This document shows, piece after piece, positions 12,059 to 23,935 of a stretch of 63,835 bases of DNA. The notes under the pieces were generated by a model. It saw only the letters and a program-made list of their open reading frames with translations, was not told where the DNA came from and searched no databases. Numbering within the stretch: position 1 is the stretch's first letter; the number at the start of each line of letters is the position of its first letter. The stretch lies in assembly GCA_030264375.1 (NCBI GenBank), contig JASCQW010000099.1:50677770-50741604 (forward strand). Reading direction: 5' to 3'. A program made the position numbers and the translations under genes. Origin of the DNA: Carcharhinus longimanus. Its lineage: Eukaryota.

Positions 12059-12166
12059 ATACAGGAAGGACTGTCACCTAATCACCTGAAAAAGGCCAAG
12101 TTGATGTTCTTCTACACCCGGTACCCTAGTTCCAACATGCTGAAGATGTTCTTCTCTGATGTGAAG
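12059..12166 (+). CDS. PROX1: PROX1 exon encoding the start of the atypical homeodomain (36 aa)
   Basis: 108 nt translating [36 protein letters not shown], followed by a canonical donor AAG|GTAAGC. Confidence 0.97.
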
Positions 12167-13144
12167 GTAAGCAAGCGAAGACGAGTTGTGGCCTCTTTCT
12201 TGCCACAGCCATTGCAACAAAAAAAAACAATGGTGGTTATTGTTTTCTATTTACTACTTAATTTGTTTTTGGTGTAGCATAGACTGAGCATAAGGAGGAT
12301 GAATAAACTGACAGATTCAGGCCACATTATTCAAATGAGGATGTGAAGGCTGTCTAGTTGCAGCTGCACCCTCCCTCTGTTAATACATTTAACCCTAATT
12401 TGTACTTTTACTTTCATGGTTTGAATAGTTTGTCTTTTCCCCACAAAAGCCTTTTAAGATTGTTATAAAAACTTAAGATTATTTCATGTACATAAATACA
12501 TTAACGTTTTAACAAAAACATTCTAAAGCAGCTTGTATTATTGCTTTTGGTAGTTGTGCTTATCATATTAGCAAAGGCTTTCCACATCAGAGTTCAAATT
12601 TGCTTTTGTTGCTTGTCATTGCAAGCAAATCATACAGTCCAGTGAGGTATCTTTTTACTTTAAGAAATATCAGCAAAAATATTATAGTCCTAGTAAGGTG
12701 CCTGGATGGTATTAGTTCAGGTAATGGGTTTGTTTGTCTCTCCATCTGAAGTAACGCTTCCTTCTGATTTTAAAATGTTGCAAAGTTAACAGAAACAATA
12801 TTGAATTATTACAATAATTCCTGGGCACTTGCTGGCTGCTTTGTCAGCCTTCTGCTGCTGTCAGTATTTTCCAATCGCTTAATATATTGTAGGATGCAAA
12901 TTGATATATGTGGTAATGACTCTCTCGTTTGCATACAGCTTTTTAAAATTAGGAAAAAACAGTTTTTTGTTTTCCTAGTTAAGCTAGAACTGTCAGGTAG
13001 GAGCAATATCCTAATTTTAAAAAACACAGCTTGACTTGTAGAATTGCAGATCAATCTGCTAACGTTTTGAGATCTGCAGAGCATTTCTGCATCAAAATGC
13101 AATGTGCCCAAGATGATAATTATAAATGCTTTATTCTTAACAAT

Positions 13145-13452
13145 CATAAAATCCCTACAGTGCAGAAGGAGCCCATTCGACCCATCAAATCTGCACTGAC
13201 GACAATCCCACCCAGGCCTATTCCCATAAACCCACATATTTAGTGTGCTAACCTCCCTGACACTTCGGTCAATTTAGCATGATCAATCAACCTAACCCGC
13301 ACATCTTTTGGATTGCAAGAGGAAACCAGAACACCCGGAGGAAACCCGCACAGATATGGGGAGGATGTGCAAACTCCATACAGACAGTGACCTGAGGCCA
13401 GAATTGAACCCAGGTCCCTGGCGTTGAAGCAGCAGTGCTAACCACCCTGCTA
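13145..13452 (-). mobile_element. tRNA-derived V-domain SINE (HE1-like), near full length, CR1-type tail
   Basis: Reverse strand reads gtggttagcactgctgc...ggacctgggttcaattc (A/B boxes), then core tggagtttgcacatcctcccc...gggtttcctccgggt, then tail ...ccttctgcactgtagggattttatg. Confidence 0.85.
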
Positions 13453-13977
13453 ACAATGAGAATTTGCAAATGATTACTAACAGTTACGTCACCTTATTTC
13501 TGGGGGTTCCTTATTTAGGAGAAAAAATTCTTATTATGTTTTTCCAGATGTCCCATACTTTGAAAATTGCCAAACTGTTATCAAATGATTAATATCAAGA
13601 TTTATGGAGGAAATAATTGTTACTACCCGTGTTGGCTATTAATGCAAATAAATATTTTCTGGCAGCACAATTGTTGGTCAGTTTAAATATCGTGGGTTTT
13701 TATTATCTTCCTTGTCCAGAAAATTTGTAGTAATGACTAAGTTCTTGTTCAATTTTAAGATATACACAGCATGTTGAGGGATAAATTTTCCTTCCCTGAA
13801 CAATTAAGTGCTAATTGATCTAAAGGGTGTCCCTTTTTGACAGTTTGCCCACAAGGGCTCCCTAAACAATCAGATTAAATGGATAGGTTAGGTTAAACAA
13901 TGCACATGCAGTAGATCAGCATCACACATGTACTCCAGAAAACAGGATTACCTGTGGGATTAACTGGAACGAAAGTA

Positions 13978-14187
13978 CTTGCATTTACATAGTGCCTTTC
14001 ACACCGTCGGGGAAATCCCAAAGCACATTGTAGCCAATCAATGTACTTTTGAAGAGACATCGCCAATAATCCAGCACTACTTTTTACTGCATCGCAGTGT
14101 TAGTCAAGATTATGTGCTCAAGTCCTAGGAAAGGGCTTTAGCCCACAGCCTGCTGACTCAGAGGCGATAGTGCTACAACTGAGCCAA
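13978..14187 (-). mobile_element. Deu-family SINE with internal deletion (head plus tail)
   Basis: Tail cttgcatttacatagtgcctttcac...cccaaagcac...gtagccaatcaatgtacttttgaag resembles the copy at 4738. Head ctgactcagaggcgatagtgctacaactgagcca is tRNA-like on the reverse strand. Confidence 0.65.
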
Positions 14188-14614
14188 TCTGACTTTTTAC
14201 ATGCAGACCCTGTCATGTCCCTGTAATCACTCATGTACTGCCTTGTCCATTTCTGCATGCTAAAGAAAGGAACATGATTCTCAAATTTTCAGCCAATCTC
14301 AAGTTGGATTGTTCAGCAGGTAGCATGTTTACTCTCCTATTTTTTTTAGTGGTTTGATCTGCTGGTCTTGCCTGAAGGTGAGAACATTTTAGTGCAGTTG
14401 CCAATACAGGTGGAATGGATATTAGTCCATTTAGGTTGAACTAAGTAATTCAGGTGGTGGAATTGCAGCTCTGTACTTTTTCTTTGTAAACAAAATAATT
14501 TCTGCTCATTTAGGGAATTGAAATTGTGCTCCAATTTGCCATTGGCAGCTACTCCAAGCAAAACAGTTCATCTAGTTCATACTTTGCCACTACACCTGAA
14601 ACCTTTTCATTCCT

Positions 14615-15243
14615 AGAGTCATAGTCATAGAGGTTAACAGCATGGAAACAGGCTCTTCAGCCCAACTTGTCTGTGCTGCCCTTTTAAACCCCTCTAATCC
14701 CAATTGCCCGCATTTGGCCCATATCCCTCTAAATACATCTTACCCATGTAACTATCTAAATGGTTTTTAAAAGACAAAATTGTACCAGCCATTACTCCTA
14801 CCTCTGGCAGCTTGTTCCAGACACTCACCACCCTCTATGTGGAAAAAAAAAATTGCCCCTCTGGACACTTTATATTTCTCCCTCTCACCTTAAACCCATG
14901 CCCTCTAGTTTTAGACTCCCTTACTTTTGGGGAAAGATATTGACTATCTAGCTGATCTGTGCCCCTCATTATTTTATAGACCTCTACAAGATCACTCCTC
15001 AGCCTCCTACGCTTCAGAGAAAAAAGTTCCAATCTATCCAGCGTTGCCTTATAACTCAACCCATCAAGTCCCGGTAGCATCCTTCTGCATTCTTTTCAGT
15101 TTAATAATATCCTTTCTATAATAGGGTGACCAGAACTGTACACAGTATTCCAAGCGTGGCCTTACCAATGTCTTGCACAATTTCAACAAGACGTCCCAAC
15201 TCCTGTATTCAATGTTCTGATCGGTGAAACCAAGCATGCCACA
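14615..15243 (-). mobile_element. CR1-clade LINE 3' fragment (end of ORF2 plus 3'UTR)
   Basis: Reverse translation MLPGLDGLSYKATLDRLELFSLKRRRLRSDLVEVYKIMRG...SKTRGH is the typical CR1 ORF2 C-terminus. The tail ends in (ctatga)n-like repeats. Confidence 0.9.
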
Positions 15244-15595
15244 TACTTTACTATTGGCAAGCCTATATTTTATGATAAATATTGCACTTGGGGATTTGCA
15301 AGATCAAGCCTTAAATTCCATATACTGACTTGTAGCCTTATTTACAATTTCAAACTTTTTTTAGTGCATCTCTTCACGGGCATTGCTGGCTAGACCAGCA
15401 TTTATTGCCCATTCCTAATTGCCCTTGAGTAGGTGGTGGTGAGCTGCCTTCTTCAGCCACTACAAGTGTAGATTCACCCACAGTGATGTTAGGGAGGGAA
15501 TTCCAGGATTTTGAGCCAACAATAGTGAAGGAACGGAATATTTCAAAGTCATGATGGTTAATGGCTTGGAGGAAGTTGCCTGTGTTCCTGTTCCT

Positions 15596-15921
15596 GGGCG
15601 GCATAGTGGTAAGCACTGCTGCGTCACAGCTCCAGGGGGCTGGGTTTGATTCCCAGCTTGGGTTACTGTCTGTGGAGTTTGCACATTCTTCCCTTGTCAG
15701 TGTGGGTTTTTGTCGGGTACCTGGTTTCCTCCCACAGTCCAGAGTTGTGCGGGTTGTATTGGCCATGCTCAATTGCACCTTAGTGTCATGGGATGCGTAG
15801 TTTAGAGGGATTGGCGGGGTAAATGTGTGCAACTATGGGGATATTCCTGGGTGAGATTGTTGTCAGTTCAGACCCAATGGGCTGAATGGCCACATTCTGC
15901 ACTGTTGGGTTTCTATGATTC
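15596..15921 (+). mobile_element. tRNA-derived V-domain SINE (HE1-like), full length
   Basis: gggcggcatagtggtaagcactgctgcgtcacagctccagg...gggtttgattccc, core gtggagtttgcacattct...ggtttcctcccacagtcc, tail gaatggccacattctgcactgttgggtttctatgatt. Confidence 0.85.
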
Positions 15922-16359
15922 GACACCTACTTCTCTTGTCCTTCTAGATGGTCAGGGTTGCAGGTTTGAAAGGTGCTTTTAAGAGATTTGCTGAGTTGTT
16001 ACATTGCATCTTGTATCTGGTACATACTGCTGCCACTATGGTCTGTGGTGGAGGGAGAAGTTGTTGAAGATGGTGGATGGGGTGGCAGTCAAGCGAGCTG
16101 CTTTGTCCTGGATGGTGCCAAGCTTCTTGAATGTTGTTGGAGCTGCACTCGTCCAGTCAAGAGTATTCCATTCCATCACACTTCTGACTTGTGCCTTCTA
16201 GATGATGAACAGACTTTGGGAAGTCATTAGGTGAGTTACACTCCCAACGTCTGACCTGCTATTGTAACCACATATTTGGCTGGTTCTGTTCACTTTCTGG
16301 TCGATGATAACCCTCCAGCATGTTGTTAATGGGGTGATGGGTGTTGGGGAGGGTGGTGA

Positions 16360-16685
16360 ATAGATTCATAGAGGTTTACCTCATGGAAATAGGCCCTTCG
16401 GCACAACTCGTGCATGCTGCCCTTTTTTTTTAAACCCAATTGCCCGCATTTGGCCTATATCCATCTATACCCATCTCACCCATGTAATTGTCAAAACACA
16501 TTTTAAAAGACAAAGCTGTACCTGCCTCTACTACTATCTCTGGCAGCTTGTTCCAGACACTCATCACCCTCTATGTGAAAAAAATTGCCCCCCCGGACCC
16601 TTTCGTATCTCTCCTCTCTCACCTTAAACCAATGCCTTCTAGTTTTAGACTTCCCTACCTTTGGGAAAAGATATTGACTATTCCC
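16360..16685 (-). mobile_element. CR1 LINE 3' end, 5'-truncated
   Basis: Collinear with 14620-14950 (catagaggtttac...catggaaa...ggcccttcggc...ctctggcagcttgttccagacactc...ttttagact). Confidence 0.85.
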
Positions 16686-19600
16686 TGGTTCAGTAATGTT
16701 AATGCCATTGAATGGCAAAGAGGAAATTATTAAGTCCTTGTGTGTTGGAGATGGTTGTTGTCTGGCACTCCTATGGCACGTGTACTGCTTTTCACTTACC
16801 AGCCCAACTTGAATGTTGTTTGGCACTTGCTGCGTAGCGGCACAGATTGCCAAATTAAAGCATTACCTTAATTTCAGTTTGTCAACTTAAGTTGAAATGT
16901 TTGTGCTTTCAACTGAACAATGACGATGCCACTCAATGTTCTGCCTTTAGATTGATGCCATTGTTAACTTCAATACAGTTGAACTAATGGTGACTAGACA
17001 TTCACCAACGTATGTTGGTAACCTTCTTCCATTCTCTTTATATGACTTGCAAAGTAGTTTAACCATTATTTATACCATTTTTTTCTAGAAATTGAGAAAA
17101 TTCTAGCCCAAAAAATCCATGGGGGTGCTGAATCTCGAGTCCCAAAGATAGGTGGGTGGGTTGATATCATGATGGAAATCTGGAACAGTGAACCCACCCA
17201 CATCCAGTTTTAATGAAGTGGGGTAACAAGGGGTCTATGACCCACATGCTTGTGGGGAATGAGTTGCTCATTTAAATATAATGAGGCTGGATACCTTCAT
17301 TTAAACATTCATTCTATTTTTCACCGCAGGAAGGGTGGTTTCCTGGGCCCCTGGGAATTCAGCAGTTTGAAGGAAGTGAGGGGTCCACGTGCCTTTTATA
17401 GTACTGTTTGTGAGCCAGAAAGAGTAGAAGTGTTTCCTTCCAGGCCCAACGAGGTAACTCTTTAGAATTACCGCTCCACCCTCCCCCAACATTCTCTCAA
17501 TTTCTCTCACTTCCAGAATATGGCTTCCTATGCTTCTAACTTTGACCCTGTGAAGCAAGCTTCTAGGCTGAAAGATCTCCAGTTTGCCATCAGTAGGTGG
17601 AAACCCCTCTTAAAAGAATCCCCACTATTAAATTCTTCAGTACATTTACAAAATGCACTTCACCAGATTTCCCAACTGCAAAATAGCCTTCCTGCACAGA
17701 ATTTGCCTCCTACTCCAAACCGGAAATGTGCAGGAAGGTTTGTTTTTCCCCTGTTACTGGGGAAAGCTCTGTACACAGGTGACAAGAAGGTTATTTGGTT
17801 TTGCCATTGAAGGAAGCATTCCATGATCCCAATCCTAATGCCAAGATAAGTTCTGAGTCAGCAACCTGGAGTTGATGGCAGGATCCTGGAAGTGATTTTT
17901 TGAGGTGACCAATTATGCGGGAGTCTCATGCAATGAAAGACAGTGGGAAGTCTCCTGAGGCTGGAGAGCCAACACGAGCCCTTCAGCCCCACCACCAGGG
18001 GTATAACTGCTGTTGTAGCTCAGAGAAAGAGTAGGCAGCTCAGTCTTGATGTGTAAATATAAAGAGGCCACAGCTGCAAAGCTGTTATCATGGAAGGGCA
18101 AGCTCACCATTGAACAGCAAGTAGCTCCAGCTTTGGCCCTCTGCCTTTAGCAGATGCGGGGTAATGGGGGTGGGTGGTCTTGCCTTGCACCATGGCCCTT
18201 GCTCTGACACAGGGAGGTCTCCTCTATCCCTCAACCATGTTTTGGCCTCATGCTGATGAGAAAATTCCAGTCTACATCAGTAGAGTGGCCTTCACACTCC
18301 CGATCCAAGCTTGAGCCAGAGACTGGAATATGCCAGCCTGGTGTTTGATGCATGAAGTTGTAGCCATTGCCCACATCTGGTTCTGCAGTTCAGTCCTGTT
18401 GATGGGCTGGTTTTACCAAAACAGCAAAATCAAGTTACTTCTACCAGTGGCTATATCCTATTAAAACAAAACCATTTCAAATGTTTTTATACTGATGGAA
18501 GGTGATGTCCCTTTCTTCTTTACTGCGCTACCTGTTCACTGCTGCTCCCCCTAAAAAGACAAATAAGAACATCTGTTTTCTTTTTGTACTTTTGACAGGC
18601 ACTCTTGAGACCCATGGAAGTGCGATGCACTAAGTTCACTTCATTTATATTCTGTGTGCACCATCAGTGGTGACGGGCACACGGGACTGCCAGCAATGGA
18701 ACATTATTAATATAAAAGTGCCTTTTGATTGCATGGTTTAAGGTCCATTAAATGTGCCTGAGGTCATTTTTTATTGAAAACAACTTTTTTTCAGTTATAA
18801 AATGCAACCAAGGCCTATATATGGAAGCTTTTGATGATGTTTTGTCCTTTTTATCAGCTGGTGGAAAATGGGTTCCAAGATTCACGGGAAAAGTTATTAT
18901 TTATGAATACTGTATAATGTACCATGCTTCTGTTACTGCACATTTAGTAACACTACAGAATATTAATGGTAATTCTAAAAGTAAAATTTTGCCAAAACAT
19001 ATTTTTTAAAAGAAAGAACATAAAAGTGGAGCAAAGCATTGTTTTCAATAGTTACATTCAAACACGTTTAGTAATAATTGAAATTGACCTGATACATCAA
19101 AGCAATTTTGATAAAAGGTAGACATAATTCCAGAAAACTAACATTTGCATCTTGTAGTGAATTCTGAGCACAAATATGATGCACCTAAATAACCGACGGG
19201 TCTTGCACAATAGACGTAGTTGCAAAATGTGTTTCCTCAGTTTTTTTTAAAAATTGCATTTTTGCTTTATTTTTCACTCAGCCATTTATTCATCTCTTCC
19301 CTCTTCCTCTTAAACTTGATTCAAACTGGCTTTATCTTCGGATGTAGTAATATACAGTATGATTGGGGGTGAAACATCCATGGCCTGAGTGGTATTTATT
19401 CATCAGTTAATATGCTTGATATGATCATCATATTGTGCAATATGTTGCACAGAAATTGACAAAGCAGATCATTTTTTAATGATAAGTAAACTTATTACAC
19501 TCGGATCCCAACAGTTTTAAGGTTCAAAGGTCTTGTGTTTTAATTAATGACGTTATGCCATTACACCAGTATTTGATGTAATGCCAAAATTTCTTTCAGT

Positions 19601-22194
19601 CATGTTAATGTCAGAGGTTTTACTACAGGACAACTATTAAAGTAGCCCATAAGCTTTCTAGCTGTATGGAAACTTTGTCAGTTGTTGCATTTTAACATGG
19701 TTTACTGCACCCAATTATTCTTGGACTAGCTGAAGATCACCTCAAATAAAAAGAAAATTCTGAGTTTTAACAGCTGTGTATCTAATATTAAATGACTTTG
19801 TTCTACTAGCACAGGTGCTTTTATGGTGTCTGTGCTTTGCTAATGGCTAACAATGCACACAATAATATATTGAACATTCTGCAAAATGACTTTTTAAGAC
19901 CATAATTGTAGAAGAGAGGAAATATGATTAATGTAGTGCTTGAAGAGCCACTGACATTTTGTTTTAGGATGCATCATGCACACTGAGAACAAGGTTCTCA
20001 TCTATTTTTTTTTAAATTTACTTTTTTCTTTTCTGTCGACTGCTTCCCTGCTCAACCCTGTCAACTTGAGCCAATTATTGCCTGGCTAGATTAAGGTGTC
20101 AAATCGATTTTGTTTTATGTGTCTTTTGACTGTGTTCGCTGAATATTTAGGAAGTTTCTTCGACAAACACTGGGATTGTCCCATGTCCCATGGGAAGTAT
20201 TAATCCATCATAGGGACAACCAGGCTACAGAAAGAAGAGGTCTTCTCTTGTGCTATTCACTTGTTTGTGATGCACCAGTAAAGACCTTAAAGATCAAGAT
20301 TATTATGTTTGTTTAAAAAAAACTGTAATTCAGGAACTGTTGATGTTTGATAAGCAAAAAGTGACACAAGTCTTAAATGCTGAGCCCTCGTGTTTGAGTG
20401 GCTCTGTTGTTGTGGCCAGTACATCTCTGGTATTTCAATTCTGCAACAATAGATTTTAAATCTCCCTTTATACCCTTCTGCCAAACACTGTCATGTGGAC
20501 TTACTTTTTTTTGTAGTCCCATTAGGTCAGCTACAGGCCATTCTAGAAAAAAATACCCTTTCTTTTTCTCTATTCTTGTATGTAGGAGACAATGTCTTGT
20601 AACAATACTGAAGCTTAATCTCCATGTCAAAGCAATTTTCATTCCCGGGTGCGCAGGCTGCTATCGTTTTGTTATGTTTTGTTTCTTATACTAAAAGAAT
20701 TAAAAAGGAACAGTAGTCGTCATGGGGCCTGTAGTTCTTATCTCAGTGTCTGGAAATTTGGACAGTGTATTTTGCTGCAGAGATAACATGGAAAGAACTC
20801 TGAGTTCAGCAAATAGTAATGGGTTTAAGTTCTATTGAAATCAGCAGCAAATCAGATAACGGGGTCCTTCAGTTGTCTTTTTAATCAGGTCCCCGCAAGG
20901 CTGAATGGAGACAGAGCAGACACACAGAGTGAAAATATAATTCTTGGATAGGTTAAGTACATGTTTGAACTCTTGCAGTCAGAGTGATTTGATGATGACT
21001 TAATCATTTTCTGGTCAATTATCTGTGAGGACCCTTGCAACTGGAAGGCAATTATAATGCAAGCTGGCCTTTGGGAGCCGCAACAGCCTCCACTCCTGTT
21101 TCCGTGTTCCTTAGCCTTCACTGCCATGAATTTTCATTCACTTCATTATCTTAAATTCACTGGAATAGAAACAACTTTCTGCATTGTAATTACACACCCA
21201 TTAGCTGTCAGCTTGATAGAAGCAGGCAGCCCTCTTCATGGCCAGAGCAAATGCTTGATAAGTGCTCACTGTGATTTTTGATTAATGCACACCCTTTGCT
21301 GTAAAGGGGAAAAAATGATAGATGTATCAGGCTTTCTCGTGTACAGGCGGTTTAAATTTATTGGTTTTAACTTGACTAATAAAGATTTAGCTGACCTTGT
21401 GCACATATGACCCTGTTGGAGACAAGGACAACATTTGTTGTAGTCAAGTGGTCCCCATAAAAGTTCAGGGTCAGCAAGCTACCACGTCTCAAGCCAGCCA
21501 CCACGAGCAATCTAGCTTCCAAATAGCTTGACAATAGATATGTCTGGAAGACTGTCTATGACCTTAACAGCCTTTATGAAGAGGGAGGGGATAGAAGAAC
21601 TAGCCTGAAATCATCCTCTTTGGTCACTTCAGTTCCCAGCTGTGGTTAGTGCAGACTATAATTCTGAAGCCTTGAACTTTGACTTTTCCATGAGGTCAGG
21701 ATGTGTTGGTGGTGGGCGGGAGGAGGATGGCAGGGCAAAATAAAACAGTTGAAGATTATTAGCTAGCCAACATTTGCCAGGCTTTTCCTGTGCAATTGAT
21801 ATACTTTTTTAAAAAAAATAATGTTTTGAACATTTTGGTTTGCAGAATAAATGAGATAGAACATAGTCTGGCGCTAAATTTACATGGGCAGTTTGCCCAG
21901 CACTTACTGGGATTGTACCTCGAGTGCAAGAGTGTTGGCATGGGGCCAGCAAGTCTTCATCAGTATGGGTGCATTTTTGTTGTCTGTCAGCATGGGGATG
22001 CGGTGTTGGAGTAGCCCCAGCACACTCTACCCTGCTATTGAGAAGTTACTTTCGTGTACCTTAGCCCCCTTATATAAAGATACAGATAGTTAAACAAAAA
22101 ATAAACATTCTGTTAGGGACCCAGGTCAATTCTCTAGCTTAAGCCCCAATAGCACTTGTGTTCTTATGAAAGCCAGTGTGCTTCATCTCACTGA

Positions 22195-23062
22195 ACAGAA
22201 TCATAGAAGTTTACAGCATACAAACAGACCCTTCAGCCCAACTTGTCCATGCTGCCCAGTTTTTACCATTCAGCTAGTCCTAATTGCCTGTGTTTTACCC
22301 ATATCCTTCTGTACAAATCTTGCCCCATATAACTGTCTAAGTGCTTTTTAAAAAAACAAAATTGTACTTATCTCTACTACTACCTTTGGCAGTTTGTTCC
22401 AGACACTCACTACCTTCTGTGGAAAAAAATTGCCCTCTGGACCCTTCTGTATCTTTCCCCCATGCCCACTAGTTTTACACTCCCCTACCCTTGGGAAAAG
22501 ATGTAGACTACTTGATCTATGCCCCTCATTGTTTTAGACTACTACAATCATCACTAAACCTCTTACGCTCAAAGAAAAAGTCCTAGTCTATCCAGCCTCT
22601 CCTTATAATTCAAACCATCAAGTCCCAGTAGCATCCTAGTAAATCTTTTCTACACTCCTTCTAGTTTAAAAATATCCTTTCTATAATAGGGTGACCAGAA
22701 CTGTACACAGTATTACAAGTGTGGTCTTACTAATGTCTTGTACAACTTCAAGAAGACATCCCACCTCCTGTAGTCAATGTTCTGATCAATGAAACAAGGC
22801 ATGCTGAATGCCTTCACCACTTTGTCCAACTGTGACTCCAGTTTCAAGAAGCTGTGAACCTGTACCACTAGATCTCTTTGTTCTATAACTCTCCCTAATA
22901 CCCTACCATTAACTGAGTAAGCCCTGCCCTGGTTCGATCTACCAAAATATAACACCTCACACTTATTTAATTTAAACTCTATCTGCCATTCATCAGCCCA
23001 CTGGCCCAATTGATCAAGATCCTGTTGCAATCCTCGATAACCTTCTTCACTATCCACTATAC
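22195..23062 (-). mobile_element. CR1 LINE 3' fragment (RT C-terminal region)
   Basis: Reverse translation VDSEEGYRGLQQDLDQLGQWADEWQIEFKLNKCEVLYFGRSN...QRDLVVQVHSFLK...LYKTLVRPHL. The 3'UTR matches the copy at 14615. Confidence 0.92.
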
Positions 23063-23065
23063 TAT

Positions 23066-23756
23066 CAGTGTAGAATTGCAGAAGGACATAGATAAGTTGG
23101 TGGTCTGGACAGATAGGTGGTAGATGAAATTCAGTGTAGTAGGGATGCATTTTGGTAGGAAGAACATGGATAGACAATATAAATTCAGGGGTACAATGCT
23201 AAGGGGGTGTAGGGACAGAGAGACCTAAGTGTGTATATATGTATAGATTATTGAAAGTGGCAGAATAGGTGGAGAGAGCAGTTAATAAAGTGTACAGTAT
23301 AGAGTTTTATTAAAAGGGGCAGATAATACAAAAGCAAGGAGGTTATGTTGAAATTATATAAGACCTCAGCTGGAATATTGAGTACAGTTCCAGGTGTCAC
23401 ACTATAGGAAGTACAGGAATGCACAGGAGGGAGTGCAAAAGAGGTGTATAACAATGGTTCCAGGGATGCAAAACTTCAGTTTTGGAGATAGATTGGAGAG
23501 GTTGGGACTGTTTTCTTTGAAATGAAGAAGGCTATATGTAGATTTGATAGTCAAAATCATGAGGGGTGTGGACAGAGTAGATAAGGGAGCAACTGTTCTT
23601 GCTTATAAAAAGATCAAGAACGAGAGGGTGCAAAATTAAAGTGAGATGCAAAAGAAATAAATGTGAGGAAAAAATGTTTTCACACAATGGGTTTGGAATA
23701 CACCACCTGAAAGTGTGGTGGAGGCAAGTTTAGTCAAGGCATTCAAGAGGGCATTA
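23066..23756 (+). mobile_element. CR1 LINE fragment of another subfamily, opposite orientation
   Basis: gaattgcagaaggacatagataagttggtggtctggacagataggtgg (ELQKDIDKLVVWTDRW) through the decayed LERLGLFS region to tggaatacaccacctgaaagtgtggtggaggc. Confidence 0.85.
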
Positions 23757-23835
23757 GAGCACGGTAGCACAGTGGTTAGCACTACTGCTTCACAGCTCCA
23801 GGGTCCTGGGTTCAATTCCCAGCTCAGGTCACTGT
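23757..23835 (+). mobile_element. V-domain SINE head running into an assembly gap
   Basis: gcacggtagcacagtggttagcactactgcttcacagctccagggtcctgggttcaattcccagctcaggtcactgt followed by Ns. Confidence 0.8.
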
Positions 23836-23935
23836 NNNNNNNNNNNNNNNNNNNNNNNNNNNNNNNNNNNNNNNNNNNNNNNNNNNNNNNNNNNNNNNNN
23901 NNNNNNNNNNNNNNNNNNNNNNNNNNNNNNNNNNN

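Larger units (their letters stand above)
15372..16850 (-). mobile_element. Second LINE family 3' fragment, interrupted by a SINE (15596-15921) and a CR1 3' end (16360-16685)
   Basis: Starts ggcattgctggctagaccagcatttattgcccattcctaattgcccttgag. The same family occurs at 43950-44185 (+), 45030-46390 (+) and 59720-59970 (-), and homology resumes after each insertion. Confidence 0.75.

Noticed and set aside
15596-15670. tRNA gene (A and B boxes), also at 13452, 23757, 25570, 38963 and 45828
   Set aside because: Each continues into a SINE core and lacks a full cloverleaf; these are SINE heads.
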